Positions 38,397 to 47,667 of a stretch of DNA of 64,000 bases are shown here, one piece after another. Source of the DNA: Candidatus Saccharimonadales bacterium (lineage in GTDB: Bacteria > Patescibacteriota > Saccharimonadia > Saccharimonadales > UBA7683); the NCBI GenBank assembly GCA_046350615.1, contig JAXMAA010000003.1, positions 9,695 to 73,694 on the forward strand. The letters are read 5' to 3'. The position numbers and the translations under genes were made by a program. Position 1 is the first letter of the stretch. Each line of letters opens with the position of its first letter. Below the pieces are notes generated by a model. The model was not told the origin of the DNA. It ran no database searches and saw only the letters and a program-made list of their open reading frames with translations.

Positions 38397-41300
38397 CTAC
38401 GCCTCCTCTTCTACCTCGGGCGTTGCCGCGAGATCATCATCTTGGTTATCGTCGGTTGTAAGCGGGTCGTCTGTGGCTACATCGGAGGTGCCAGTGTCAT
38501 CAAGTACTTCGAATTCACTTGCCACCATTTCTTCAGTCACGTCCATTGGTGTCATCTGTTCAGCGGTTACTTCCGGAAGATTCTTGGCCTCTTCCGCCAC
38601 TGTTGCCTCAAGTACCGCCTCGGCATCAACTTCCGTACCATTCTCGTTGATCAGGTCAACTCGCAAGCTTAGGCCCTGAAGCTCTTTTACAAGCACGTTG
38701 AAGCTCTCTGGAATCTTTGGCCCAACAATTGGCTCCTGCTTAATGATGCTCTCGTAGGCCTTAGAACGACCGTACACATCATCAGACTTAAGTGTTAGCA
38801 TCTCTTGTAGCGTATTGGCAGCGCCATATGCTTCGAGTGCCCAAACTTCCATCTCTCCAAAGCGTTGACCACCGTTTTGTGCCTTACCACCAAGTGGCTG
38901 TTGAGTGACCATAGTGTATGGGCCAATACTTCGTGCGTGAATTTTATCTGCAACCATGTGGTGCAGCTTAATAATGTGCATCACGCCAACTGAAACACGT
39001 TCTTTAAAGTACTCACCGGTACGGCCGTCAATAAGCTCCTGCTTGCCATCTTCAGGTAAGCCAGCTTTTTTAAGCTCAGCTTTAATTGCCTCAACGGGCA
39101 CACCGTTAAAGGCAGGGGTTGCAACCTTATAGCCAAGTGCTCTTGCCGCCATGCCAAGGTGGGTCTCGAATAATTGTCCGATGTTCATACGTGATGGCAC
39201 ACCAAGCGGATTCAAAACAATGTCAACCGGAGTCCCATCTTCCATAAACGGCATGTCTTCTTCAGGCATGATCCGTGCAATAACACCCTTGTTACCATGA
39301 CGTCCTGCTAATTTATCGCCGACTGCGATTTTACGCATTTGTGCAACAAAAACCTGTACTTGCATTAACACGCCAGCCTTCAAATCGTGGCCATTGGCAC
39401 GACTGAATATTTTTACGCCAACCACTTTACCGTGCTTGCCGTTGCTCATTCGCTGCGAAGTGTCTCTCACGTCTTTCGCTTTTTCACCAAAGATTGCACG
39501 GAGTAGGCGTTCCTCACTAGAAAGCTCTTGTTCACCTTTTGGTGTAATTTTACCCACTAATATGTCACCTGCTTTCACTTCGGCGCCTATGCGCACAATA
39601 CCGTTTTCATCAAGATGACGAAGACTTTCTTCCGACACATTTGGAATATCTCGCGTGACAATTTCAGGGCCAAGCTTAGTTTCACGCACCTCAACCATGT
39701 AATCTGTGATGTGCACAGAGGTGAGCTCATCATCTTCAACAAGTCGGCGCGAAATGACAATCGAGTCTTCAAAGTTGTAGCCATTCCATGGCATAAATGC
39801 AACCACAAGGTCTTTTCCGAGAGCCAGCTCGCCGTCTTCCACACTCATACCTTCAATAAGTACGTCACCGGCTTTAACGGCATCGCCAGTGCTCACAACA
39901 ACCTTTTGGTTCATGCTTGAACCTTCATTGGTGCGAACGAAGTGCTGTGGACGGTAGGTTTTAGAAGTTTTTTCGTACTTCACAACAACCTCATTACCGT
40001 CAGCTTTTGTTACCGTACCAGCACCTTCGGCGTAGATAACCTGGCCGCTGTTTGCGGCAACTACTACTTCCATACCGGTACCTACTACTGGAGCTTTCGT
40101 TTTGATCAGCGGCACGGCCTGCTTTTGCTGGTTTGATGCAATTAAGGCACGTCCCACGGCGTCTTTCTCCGCAAATGGAATAAGCGAGGCGGTTGAACCC
40201 AAAATTTGATTACGGGCGGCATCCATGTGAGTTACTAGTTCGGCATCAACTTCCTCAGGCTGAAGTTTCACACGAGCCGAAACACGTTCATCTTCGAATG
40301 AGCCATCACTCTTCAGTTCCAAACCAGCCGAAGCGATTACAGCTCGCTTTTCTTCATCAGAATCAAGATACACGACCTCTTTTGTCACCTTACTATTTTT
40401 CACTACGCGGTAAGGCGTTTCAATAAAGCCATATTCATTTACACGTGCGTGTGATCCGAGATTAAGCACTAAACCAATATTGGCACCTTCAGGCGTTTCT
40501 ACCGTACAAAGACGACCGTAGTGAGTTGCGTGTGCGTCACGAACCTCAAAGCCAGCACGCTCTCGCGAAAGACCGCCAGGGCCCATTGAGCTCAGGCGAC
40601 GTTTGTGTGCAAGTTCAGAAAGCGGGTTTGTTTGATCCATAAACTGTGAAAGCTGTGATGAAGCAAAGAATTCACGAACCGCTGCCACAATAGGTCGAGC
40701 GTTAATAAGCTGTGCTGGAGTAACTGTTTCAATTTCAGACATACTCATGCGATCTTTAGCGTTGCGCTCCATTCGTAGCAAGCCAATGCGGAACTGTCGC
40801 TGTACGAGCTCGCCTACCAACTTCACTCGGCGATTTGCAAGGCTATCAATGTCATCTGGTGCTTCCTGCGTGTTATTCAAACGAATGATTTCTTTTACAA
40901 TTGCAACAAGATCATCAAGGCGCATAACCCGATTCTCAGCCGTATTTGCAACATCAATATCAAGTCGTTTGTTCATTTTATAGCGACCAACTCGTGAAAG
41001 ATCAAAGCGCTTGAAGTTAAAGAAGACGTTTTCAATCAAGCTACGTGCGTTATCAACTGTTGCCAGATCTCCAGGACGAATACGGCGATACACTTCAATC
41101 AGCGCATCGCTTCCACCCTTGCTTGGATCTTTCGCAATAGTTGCATCGAGATAGTTTATTTCACCGGTATCAACATCTTTAAACAAGTCTTTGAGTTGTG
41201 CATTCTGCGAGTAACCAAGTGCTCGAAGCAGTGTCGTTACGGTAAGCTTGCGGCGACGGTCGATTTTTACATAAATTGCACCATTTGCAGCAGTTTCAAA

Positions 41301-41828
41301 TTCAAGCCAGGCACCGCGACCCGGAATTAACTTAGCACCATAGAGGTTGCGACCACCATTTTGTTCGGCAGTAAAGAAGATACCAGGGCTGCGAATTAAC
41401 TGACTGACAACCACACGTTCAGCGCCATTGATCACAAAAGTACCTCGCGATGTCATCCATGGGTAGTCACCAAGATAGATCTCTTGCTCTTTTACTTCAC
41501 CGGTAACTTTATTGGTCAATTCCAGATTTGCATACAATGGAGCCTCGAAGCTTACATTATTCTCGCGCGCTTCAAGCTCATCCATTTTTGGATCACCAAA
41601 GTGATACTCCTTAAATCTCAACTCAATCTTGGTACCCGTGTAGTCCTCAATTGGGTTAATTTCTGCAAAAATCTCTCCTAGTGCCTCTTGCACAAACGTT
41701 TGAAAAGACTTGGTCTGGTGCTCAATCAAATTTGGGATAGAGAGCGCATCGTCTGATTTTGTAAAATACACTCGCTTGTTCGTTGCTGCTTTGTCAGTTT
41801 TGGTTTTGCTTGTTTGCGTGGTCGCCAT
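38397..41828 (-). CDS. rpoB: DNA-directed RNA polymerase subunit beta, acidic C-terminal tail
   Basis: 1143 aa; GRHGNKGV, GGQRFGEMEVWALEAYGA; AAGGAG SD. Confidence 0.98.
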   Translation of the reverse strand: MATTQTSKTKTDKAATNKRVYFTKSDDALSIPNLIEHQTKSFQTFVQEALGEIFAEINPIEDYTGTKIELRFKEYHFGDPKMDELEARENNVSFEAPLYANLELTNKVTGEVKEQEIYLGDYPWMTSRGTFVINGAERVVVSQLIRSPGIFFTAEQNGGRNLYGAKLIPGRGAWLEFETAANGAIYVKIDRRRKLTVTTLLRALGYSQNAQLKDLFKDVDTGEINYLDATIAKDPSKGGSDALIEVYRRIRPGDLATVDNARSLIENVFFNFKRFDLSRVGRYKMNKRLDIDVANTAENRVMRLDDLVAIVKEIIRLNNTQEAPDDIDSLANRRVKLVGELVQRQFRIGLLRMERNAKDRMSMSEIETVTPAQLINARPIVAAVREFFASSQLSQFMDQTNPLSELAHKRRLSSMGPGGLSRERAGFEVRDAHATHYGRLCTVETPEGANIGLVLNLGSHARVNEYGFIETPYRVVKNSKVTKEVVYLDSDEEKRAVIASAGLELKSDGSFEDERVSARVKLQPEEVDAELVTHMDAARNQILGSTASLIPFAEKDAVGRALIASNQQKQAVPLIKTKAPVVGTGMEVVVAANSGQVIYAEGAGTVTKADGNEVVVKYEKTSKTYRPQHFVRTNEGSSMNQKVVVSTGDAVKAGDVLIEGMSVEDGELALGKDLVVAFMPWNGYNFEDSIVISRRLVEDDELTSVHITDYMVEVRETKLGPEIVTRDIPNVSEESLRHLDENGIVRIGAEVKAGDILVGKITPKGEQELSSEERLLRAIFGEKAKDVRDTSQRMSNGKHGKVVGVKIFSRANGHDLKAGVLMQVQVFVAQMRKIAVGDKLAGRHGNKGVIARIMPEEDMPFMEDGTPVDIVLNPLGVPSRMNIGQLFETHLGMAARALGYKVATPAFNGVPVEAIKAELKKAGLPEDGKQELIDGRTGEYFKERVSVGVMHIIKLHHMVADKIHARSIGPYTMVTQQPLGGKAQNGGQRFGEMEVWALEAYGAANTLQEMLTLKSDDVYGRSKAYESIIKQEPIVGPKIPESFNVLVKELQGLSLRVDLINENGTEVDAEAVLEATVAEEAKNLPEVTAEQMTPMDVTEEMVASEFEVLDDTGTSDVATDDPLTTDDNQDDDLAATPEVEEEA

Positions 41829-42127
41829 AAACAGCCTGCTCCTTGTTTAACCAACACAACTGATTTTCATAATACTCAAATGCCACTCTGGCAACTCCAG
41901 AGCGCTAAACCCTACACGTTAATTTGTTTGCGTGAGTGTGAGTATAATCAAAACGTAAATGCGCCGTTTCTTGTTTGATTAGATTTAGTGATCTTTAAAG
42001 AAGTCACCCTAAGCCGGTTCCAATCTAAAGAATAGATTGATGATTTACTACCGTGCACCAACAGTAAATCAAGGGCTTTACTACCTCTATGGGTACCATT
42101 CTGACCGAGTCAAAACAAAATGTCAAG

Positions 42128-42778
42128 CTACATCGGGTGAACTTCAACAGGATAATGCAGCTCCGCGTAGCACCCTGCCGTCTGCGCAACATCACCTGCT
42201 TGTGCCACATACAGCTGCCGCTTAGCCGAAACACCATCACCAACCTCGTACATTTCAGGTGTTCCCACGGCGCTCATCCCAATATGTGCCAGCCAGTGTA
42301 CAGAAGGTGCATTATCTGGCCGTGCCACGGTCCAGAGTGTACGATTCGGGTTAACCAATTGATCAAATTCAGAACTAATGCGTGTAGCAACGCCCTGATT
42401 ACGATGGTCAGAACCGAGCCACACCGCAAAGTTAACACCATCATGAGTCTCAGGCACATCATACATCCCACCAGGCACTAAAGTCAGCATGCCAATAGGT
42501 TGCGATAGAGAACAAGGGACACCTACATATGTAGAACCCTTTACTACAACACGAGCAATCGGCCGGATAGCCCGCATCCTACGGGCAACCGACAACAAAC
42601 TTTGATTGTATCTGTCGACCACATACGGAAAGTCACCACCTATGCTCGCGGCGTTTTCCCTCACCAATGCTCTCACGCCCCTAGCGTGTTGCACTCCCGG
42701 TACAACTAAGTCCACGAAATCAGTTTGATCAACTTCCTCTGTTCTTTCATCCACAAATTCACGTAACGTTATCGCCAT
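42128..42778 (-). CDS. hypothetical protein, possible GNAT-type acetyltransferase
   Basis: VWLGSDHRNQGVATRISSEF resembles GNAT motif A (R/Q-x-x-G-x-G/A); weak call. Confidence 0.45.
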   Translation of the reverse strand: MAITLREFVDERTEEVDQTDFVDLVVPGVQHARGVRALVRENAASIGGDFPYVVDRYNQSLLSVARRMRAIRPIARVVVKGSTYVGVPCSLSQPIGMLTLVPGGMYDVPETHDGVNFAVWLGSDHRNQGVATRISSEFDQLVNPNRTLWTVARPDNAPSVHWLAHIGMSAVGTPEMYEVGDGVSAKRQLYVAQAGDVAQTAGCYAELHYPVEVHPM

Positions 42779-42784
42779 ATTCGC

Positions 42785-43369
42785 CTACTTTGCCGGTTTA
42801 GATACAATCGTATCTACCAGTCCATACTGTACCGCTTCATCGGCAGTAATCCAGAAATCCCGTTCCATATCTTCGTGAATCTTCTTTACTGTTTGTCCAG
42901 TGTTCTTGGCCATAATCTCTTCCAGCAAACGCTTTACTCGAAGTGATTCACGCAGATCGATTTCTTGATCGGTCACTTTACCTCTCGTGCCACTAGAAGG
43001 CTGATGTATCATGACTGTGGCATTAGGAAGCAAAAAGCGTTTACCTTTGGCGCCAGAACTGAGTAAAAATGCAGCCGCCGAGGCTTGTACGCCAATACCA
43101 AACGTTTGCACATCGTTACCAATAAATTGCATGGTGTCATATATCGCAAGAGCATCATACACACTGCCACCTGGGCTGTTAATATAGAGGTAGATGTCTT
43201 TTTTCGGATCTTCACTCTGTAAAAAAAGTAGTTGCGCCACAATCAAGCCAGCCGTGTGTTCATTAACTTCATCGTGAAGAAAGATAATACGCTCACGCAA
43301 CAGTCGGCTATAGATGTCAAAAGCGCGTTCTCCTTGACCTGATGGTTCGATAACAGTAGGAACTAACAT
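42785..43369 (-). CDS. clpP: ATP-dependent Clp protease proteolytic subunit (start at ATG 43369)
   Basis: [35 protein letters not shown] (Ser), MIHQP (His). Confidence 0.95.
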   Translation of the reverse strand: MLVPTVIEPSGQGERAFDIYSRLLRERIIFLHDEVNEHTAGLIVAQLLFLQSEDPKKDIYLYINSPGGSVYDALAIYDTMQFIGNDVQTFGIGVQASAAAFLLSSGAKGKRFLLPNATVMIHQPSSGTRGKVTDQEIDLRESLRVKRLLEEIMAKNTGQTVKKIHEDMERDFWITADEAVQYGLVDTIVSKPAK

Positions 43370-43386
43370 AATTCCATTATAGCAAT

Positions 43387-43413
43387 TTAGCACTCAAAAC
43401 ACAAGAGTGCTAA
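43387..43413. promoter_or_regulatory. CIRCE inverted repeat (HrcA operator), perfect consensus, 18 nt upstream of clpP
   Basis: TTAGCACTC-AAAACACAA-GAGTGCTAA equals TTAGCACTC-N9-GAGTGCTAA. Confidence 0.8.
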
Positions 43414-43454
43414 ACACTATTGCTTAAACTTGACTGATGTGATATAATAAAAGT

Positions 43455-43850
43455 ATGGATACATCGCAGGCCGTGAAGCGTAAGGTGGTTGAGCTGACTT
43501 TTTCGCGTGATTTTGAAGCCTTGCTATTAGGGCATCCCACTCCTCATACCTCGTTGACACACGATCTTGAGCTGGCAATTGAGCGTGGTCTGCAACGGTT
43601 GATTGAGCTTGAAGATGTGCGAGAGTTGCAGCATCAGAGTCTCATCACCCATTTAGTGGCGCAGACGAATCTGTATCAAGCAATGGAAAGTGAGTATTTT
43701 GACCACTGGAAGATCGCAGTCTCAGAAGACTTGCTTGATGAAGTTGATTTGCTACTTTTAAGTCACGGCAAGGATCTCGTTAAACTCGGTTTATTTGCCG
43801 AAACGACTGCTGCTACATTACTCATGTTGGCCGTTGCAGGATTGCGATAA
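43455..43850 (+). CDS. hypothetical 131-aa protein
   Basis: TTGCTT-17-TGaTATAAT promoter ending 6 nt before the ATG; no motif recognised. Confidence 0.55.
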   Translation: MDTSQAVKRKVVELTFSRDFEALLLGHPTPHTSLTHDLELAIERGLQRLIELEDVRELQHQSLITHLVAQTNLYQAMESEYFDHWKIAVSEDLLDEVDLLLLSHGKDLVKLGLFAETTAATLLMLAVAGLR

Positions 43851-44066
43851 GCCGCGATCACGACGAATAATCGGCCACAACTTTGTCGTAAGTGCTGTTA
43901 ATGTAAATCCACCAGAAAGAGCATTTCTGCCAAGATTTGAGATAGTAGTATCAAATTGCACCATAACAGCGCAACCCAGTTCTGTCGCTGCATTGCAGAC
44001 TCTCTGATTCTTTGTCAGGCCTAAGAGATCCGTAGCACCTTCTCGAAGCATCTCTCGCAGTGCCAT
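43818..44066 (-). CDS. possible small protein (82 aa) downstream of tig
   Basis: Starts 4 nt after the tig stop; many G-initial codons in my hand translation; overlaps the 3' end of the convergent 43455 gene by 33 nt. Confidence 0.35.
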   Translation of the reverse strand: MALREMLREGATDLLGLTKNQRVCNAATELGCAVMVQFDTTISNLGRNALSGGFTLTALTTKLWPIIRRDRGLSQSCNGQHE

Positions 44067-44072
44067 GCAACC

Positions 44073-45359
44073 CTACTTTGAGCTGACAGCCAGCAAATAA
44101 AGTCGATCAACAGTCTTTTCAGTAAGTAGTCTTGAGGCAACCTCACGACGCATATCTGGTGTATCAAATTGTGCGGCAGATTGCTGGTATTGCTGTTTAT
44201 AAAGCTCAATCCTCTGAGCAAGTTCGGCATCATCCACCGAAAGGTTCTCCTTTTCAGCCACTTCAGCCAGGACCATACCAACCGAAACTCGGCGCTCGGC
44301 CTGTTCCTTCAGCTCTTTCGCCTTCCATTCGGCCTCGTCTTTAAAACCGGCTTGCTTGATATATTCTTGCTTCGTAATTCCACGATATACAAGATTTTGA
44401 TTAAAATCATGCTCTAGCATCGCAACCTGATCGTTCACCAGTATCTCGGGAAGTGGAAACTTTGATTTCTTAACCAATTCTTTAACAATCTCATCCTTAA
44501 TTTTGTTGATCGCCTCAGACTCCTTCTGTTCGAGTAGCTGCGCCTTTACATCGCTCTTCAGATCCGCCAATGTCTTGAACGGACCAACACTTGCCGCAAA
44601 CGCGTCATCAATTTTTGGTAATTCAGAAACTTGCACATTCTTAACTGTCACCGAAAAAACAATGTCGGTGCCGGCTAGATTCTTAGCATGATAATCTTTA
44701 GGAAATACTAACTTCAGCTCCTTTTTATCATCCTTTTTTACGCCAACCAACCCTTCTTCAAAACCAGGAATAAAGCTTTTGCTCCCAAGGCTTAGTCGAT
44801 AGTCTACTCCGCTTGCCCCAGCAACCTTTGCGCCACTTTCATTGGTACCTTCAAAATCTATAACAACATCATCGCCGTTCTTCGCCGGCTTATCACTATC
44901 CTTCTTTGAAGCACTTCGGCTCGCTAGATTTTGCAGCACTTCATCGATATCTTTTGCCGTGACGGTCGATTTTGGAGCAGTTTTTTTAATCTTCTTGTAA
45001 TCGCCCAGCTTTACAGCTGGCATAACTTCTACCTCAGCAGTAAACTCAAGCTCTGTGTATGGCACAAATTTGCCGATCTCAATCTCAGGTAGATTTAAGG
45101 TTCGCAGCTTTTGTTCATCAAGTGCATTACCGTAGAAATCGTTGATTGCGTGATTAATAACACTCGCTTGCAGTTGATTTTGATCAAGCTGTTTTTCAAC
45201 AACGCTCAGCGGCGCCTTGCCTTGACGGAAACCCGCAACCTTCATTTTTTTTGCCTGCACCTGAAGCTCATGCTGTTTGGCATGTGTCAGCTCCTCAAGG
45301 CCCAGGATGATAGTTAGTTTTACTTTTGTCTCTGAAATGTCTTTACGTGATACTTGCAT
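44073..45359 (-). CDS. tig: trigger factor
   Basis: 428 aa; FRQGKAPLSVVEK ribosome-binding motif (GFRxGxxP type); central FKBP-like segment. Confidence 0.9.
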   Translation of the reverse strand: MQVSRKDISETKVKLTIILGLEELTHAKQHELQVQAKKMKVAGFRQGKAPLSVVEKQLDQNQLQASVINHAINDFYGNALDEQKLRTLNLPEIEIGKFVPYTELEFTAEVEVMPAVKLGDYKKIKKTAPKSTVTAKDIDEVLQNLASRSASKKDSDKPAKNGDDVVIDFEGTNESGAKVAGASGVDYRLSLGSKSFIPGFEEGLVGVKKDDKKELKLVFPKDYHAKNLAGTDIVFSVTVKNVQVSELPKIDDAFAASVGPFKTLADLKSDVKAQLLEQKESEAINKIKDEIVKELVKKSKFPLPEILVNDQVAMLEHDFNQNLVYRGITKQEYIKQAGFKDEAEWKAKELKEQAERRVSVGMVLAEVAEKENLSVDDAELAQRIELYKQQYQQSAAQFDTPDMRREVASRLLTEKTVDRLYLLAVSSK

Positions 45360-45402
45360 AAGATGCCATTATGCCATAACAGATTACAAATTACCACTCC
45401 TG

Positions 45403-45645
45403 CTAGAGATTCTCTAAAGGGATGCCGGTTTTTTCTGAAACCTTACGTGCCCAGGCGAGCAGTTTCTCAAATTGACTGTCGCGCGCCAACATCTCTGTCT
45501 CGTGATCATCAAGTCTCTTTGCAAACTTATCAAGAGTATTGGTTAGACGATCTATCTTTGCATCAAAATCGTCCATTCGCTGATTCACTTCAGAACGAAA
45601 TTCCTCAATATACGCAAATAGTTTCGTGAATTGCTCGTCATTCAT
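45403..45645 (-). CDS. small coiled-coil protein, family member B
   Basis: 80 aa; MNDEQFTKLFAYIEE..., KIDRL; colinear with member A; TGtTACAAT 6 nt upstream of ATG. Confidence 0.7.
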   Translation of the reverse strand: MNDEQFTKLFAYIEEFRSEVNQRMDDFDAKIDRLTNTLDKFAKRLDDHETEMLARDSQFEKLLAWARKVSEKTGIPLENL

Positions 45646-45649
45646 GGTC

Positions 45650-46942
45650 TTATTGTAACATCTTCACAATCTCATCAGTGTCCAACACGTCCTCTTTTTG
45701 GGTTTCGACATTCCGTAGGATGTACTTTTTGTTTTGGAGTTCGTCCTCACCAATAAACAGCAAGTATGATACGCCGAGTTTGAGAGCGGCTTTTATTTGC
45801 TTATCGGGTTTTCTGTCTGTGAGATCAACTGCCACGTTCACGCCGTTTTCTCGAAGTTCTCGCACGACCGCTTGGGCCTCCTTTAGCACATCGCCTATGG
45901 TCACTACATATAGCTGCGTGGAAGATTGTAGTTTTGGCAGTAGATTATGACTTTCTAAAAAGTTCTCAATAGGCGCATCACCCATGCCAAAGCCCACAGT
46001 AGCAATTGGCTCCACACCAAATGCCCCGACCAAGCCATCGTAACGACCGCCACCAAACATCGAACGGTTGTTTTCAGGGTCAAGATCTACCACCTCAAAT
46101 ACAATATCAGTGTAATAATCGAAACCGCGCATTAAGGTAATGTCGAAAGTAACTGAGGTAATTTGATGCTCAGCCATGAGTGTGAACAATAATTGAACCT
46201 CCTTCACGGCATTTGTCTCACGTACGCTCTCTGGTAAATCTGCCAAAGTTTTAGCTTTAATTAACGTATACAGCCGCTGTAAGCCCACCTCTGCCTGATC
46301 TGGTTTAAATATGGCGCGTGCCTTTTCAACAAAAGCATCAGCTGGCATCTTGTCTTTTCTATCAAAGAGCTGTACCATCTGCTTGGCCTGCGTGGCGTCA
46401 AGCTCTAGGTACTGGTTCATAATCAGATTAATAAGCTTGCGGCTATTGATTTTAATCTGATACATCGTTTCGTCAGCACCAAATTCCTTCATAATAGCGT
46501 CAACTACCGAGATAATCTCCAAATCTGCGTCAATTGTTGCCACGCCGAACAGATCAACATTCAACTGCCAGAATTGTCTGTTACGCCCCCTCTGCGGGCG
46601 TTCGTAGCGCCAGCAATCAGGAATAGAAAACCACCTAAGCGGATAGGCCAGTTCTTGCCGCCGAGCTGCCACCATTCGCGAGACACTCGGCGTCATCTCT
46701 GGTCGCATCACTACCGTTCGACCGCCGCGGTCAGTAAAGCTATAGGTCTGTTCATTCACAATTTCATCACTGGTTTTGCTGGTGTAGAGCTCAATCGGCT
46801 CCAAAACCGGCGCAGTGTACTCTTCGTAGCCGTATCGCTGGCAGACCCGCCGCCAGACATTAAAAATGTATTCCTGCAAGCGTTTATCCTCAGGATAAAA
46901 ATCCCGCGCCCCTTTGTAACTTTGTGTACTTAATTTTGCCAT
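45650..46942 (-). CDS. hisS: histidine--tRNA ligase (start at ATG 46942)
   Basis: KGARDFYPED, RYERPQRGRNRQFWQ (motif 2), GGGRYDGL (motif 3). Confidence 0.93.
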   Translation of the reverse strand: MAKLSTQSYKGARDFYPEDKRLQEYIFNVWRRVCQRYGYEEYTAPVLEPIELYTSKTSDEIVNEQTYSFTDRGGRTVVMRPEMTPSVSRMVAARRQELAYPLRWFSIPDCWRYERPQRGRNRQFWQLNVDLFGVATIDADLEIISVVDAIMKEFGADETMYQIKINSRKLINLIMNQYLELDATQAKQMVQLFDRKDKMPADAFVEKARAIFKPDQAEVGLQRLYTLIKAKTLADLPESVRETNAVKEVQLLFTLMAEHQITSVTFDITLMRGFDYYTDIVFEVVDLDPENNRSMFGGGRYDGLVGAFGVEPIATVGFGMGDAPIENFLESHNLLPKLQSSTQLYVVTIGDVLKEAQAVVRELRENGVNVAVDLTDRKPDKQIKAALKLGVSYLLFIGEDELQNKKYILRNVETQKEDVLDTDEIVKMLQ

Positions 46943-46953
46943 ATTAATCTCCA

Positions 46954-47667
46954 TTATACATTTATTTTATTAAGTAAGCCCCCGTAGTTGTAGGGCGTAA
47001 ACCCGTCACCGATGAAGATCGGATACGCAGGCGACGCTACCCCCATAGCGCTGGCAAGTTCTTTGCTGAGTGCTTGAAATGCCCTAAGCTCTTGCTTATC
47101 AAGCTGCAACCGTCTCTTATCTTCAATTGTCATCCTGTATACAAAACGAAATTTTTGAATGTTCGCTTTAGTATCGAAACCATCCACTCGAGATAACATA
47201 ACAATACGTTCGTACCACAGCCGGTCATCATTCAGGGCACTCCCCAGGCTCACTTCAATCGAAAGACAGTTCTTTGCAGCCTTGTTGATACAATCGTAGT
47301 CTGCAACAATAACCTTATCTAAGCCAAGCAACCATGCGACATCTGTTAATGTGTCATTGGCGGCCTCTCCAATAAAGCCACAGTCGTTATCTGGGCAGTA
47401 AGTGTTGTGAAAGTCCAGCACAACATCGTAGTCAGTAGTTTTCTTTAGTATTTCCGCGGCTCGCCGTGCTTCATAGTCAACTGCTTTCGGGTTTCCCGGA
47501 AATGAACGGTTCAGGTCTTGGTCTGTGAAGCGACAGCTGGCCGCAATAGCCCGTTTGTTCGCGAGTAGTGTATCAACTTGACTGATGGGGTTCTTTTGAA
47601 ACAGTTTAACCACCTCCAGCCCTAGCCTCTCATTACCGTGCATCCCACCGATTACTAAAATTTTCAT
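46954..47667 (-). CDS. succinylglutamate desuccinylase/aspartoacylase (AstE/AspA) family zinc hydrolase
   Basis: GGMHGNERLG, DLNRSFPG, VLDFHNT. Confidence 0.65.
   Translation of the reverse strand: MKILVIGGMHGNERLGLEVVKLFQKNPISQVDTLLANKRAIAASCRFTDQDLNRSFPGNPKAVDYEARRAAEILKKTTDYDVVLDFHNTYCPDNDCGFIGEAANDTLTDVAWLLGLDKVIVADYDCINKAAKNCLSIEVSLGSALNDDRLWYERIVMLSRVDGFDTKANIQKFRFVYRMTIEDKRRLQLDKQELRAFQALSKELASAMGVASPAYPIFIGDGFTPYNYGGLLNKINV

Noticed and set aside
14645-45402. Shared 3' flank of coiled-coil genes A and B (ATCTGT...ATAATGG.(G/A)TCTT before the next gene's ATG) as evidence of a mobile cassette carrying an outward promoter
   Set aside because: The similarity is short and largely explained by both regions containing a -10 box for the downstream gene (infA, tig). 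This is not enough to claim common cassette ends without more copies.
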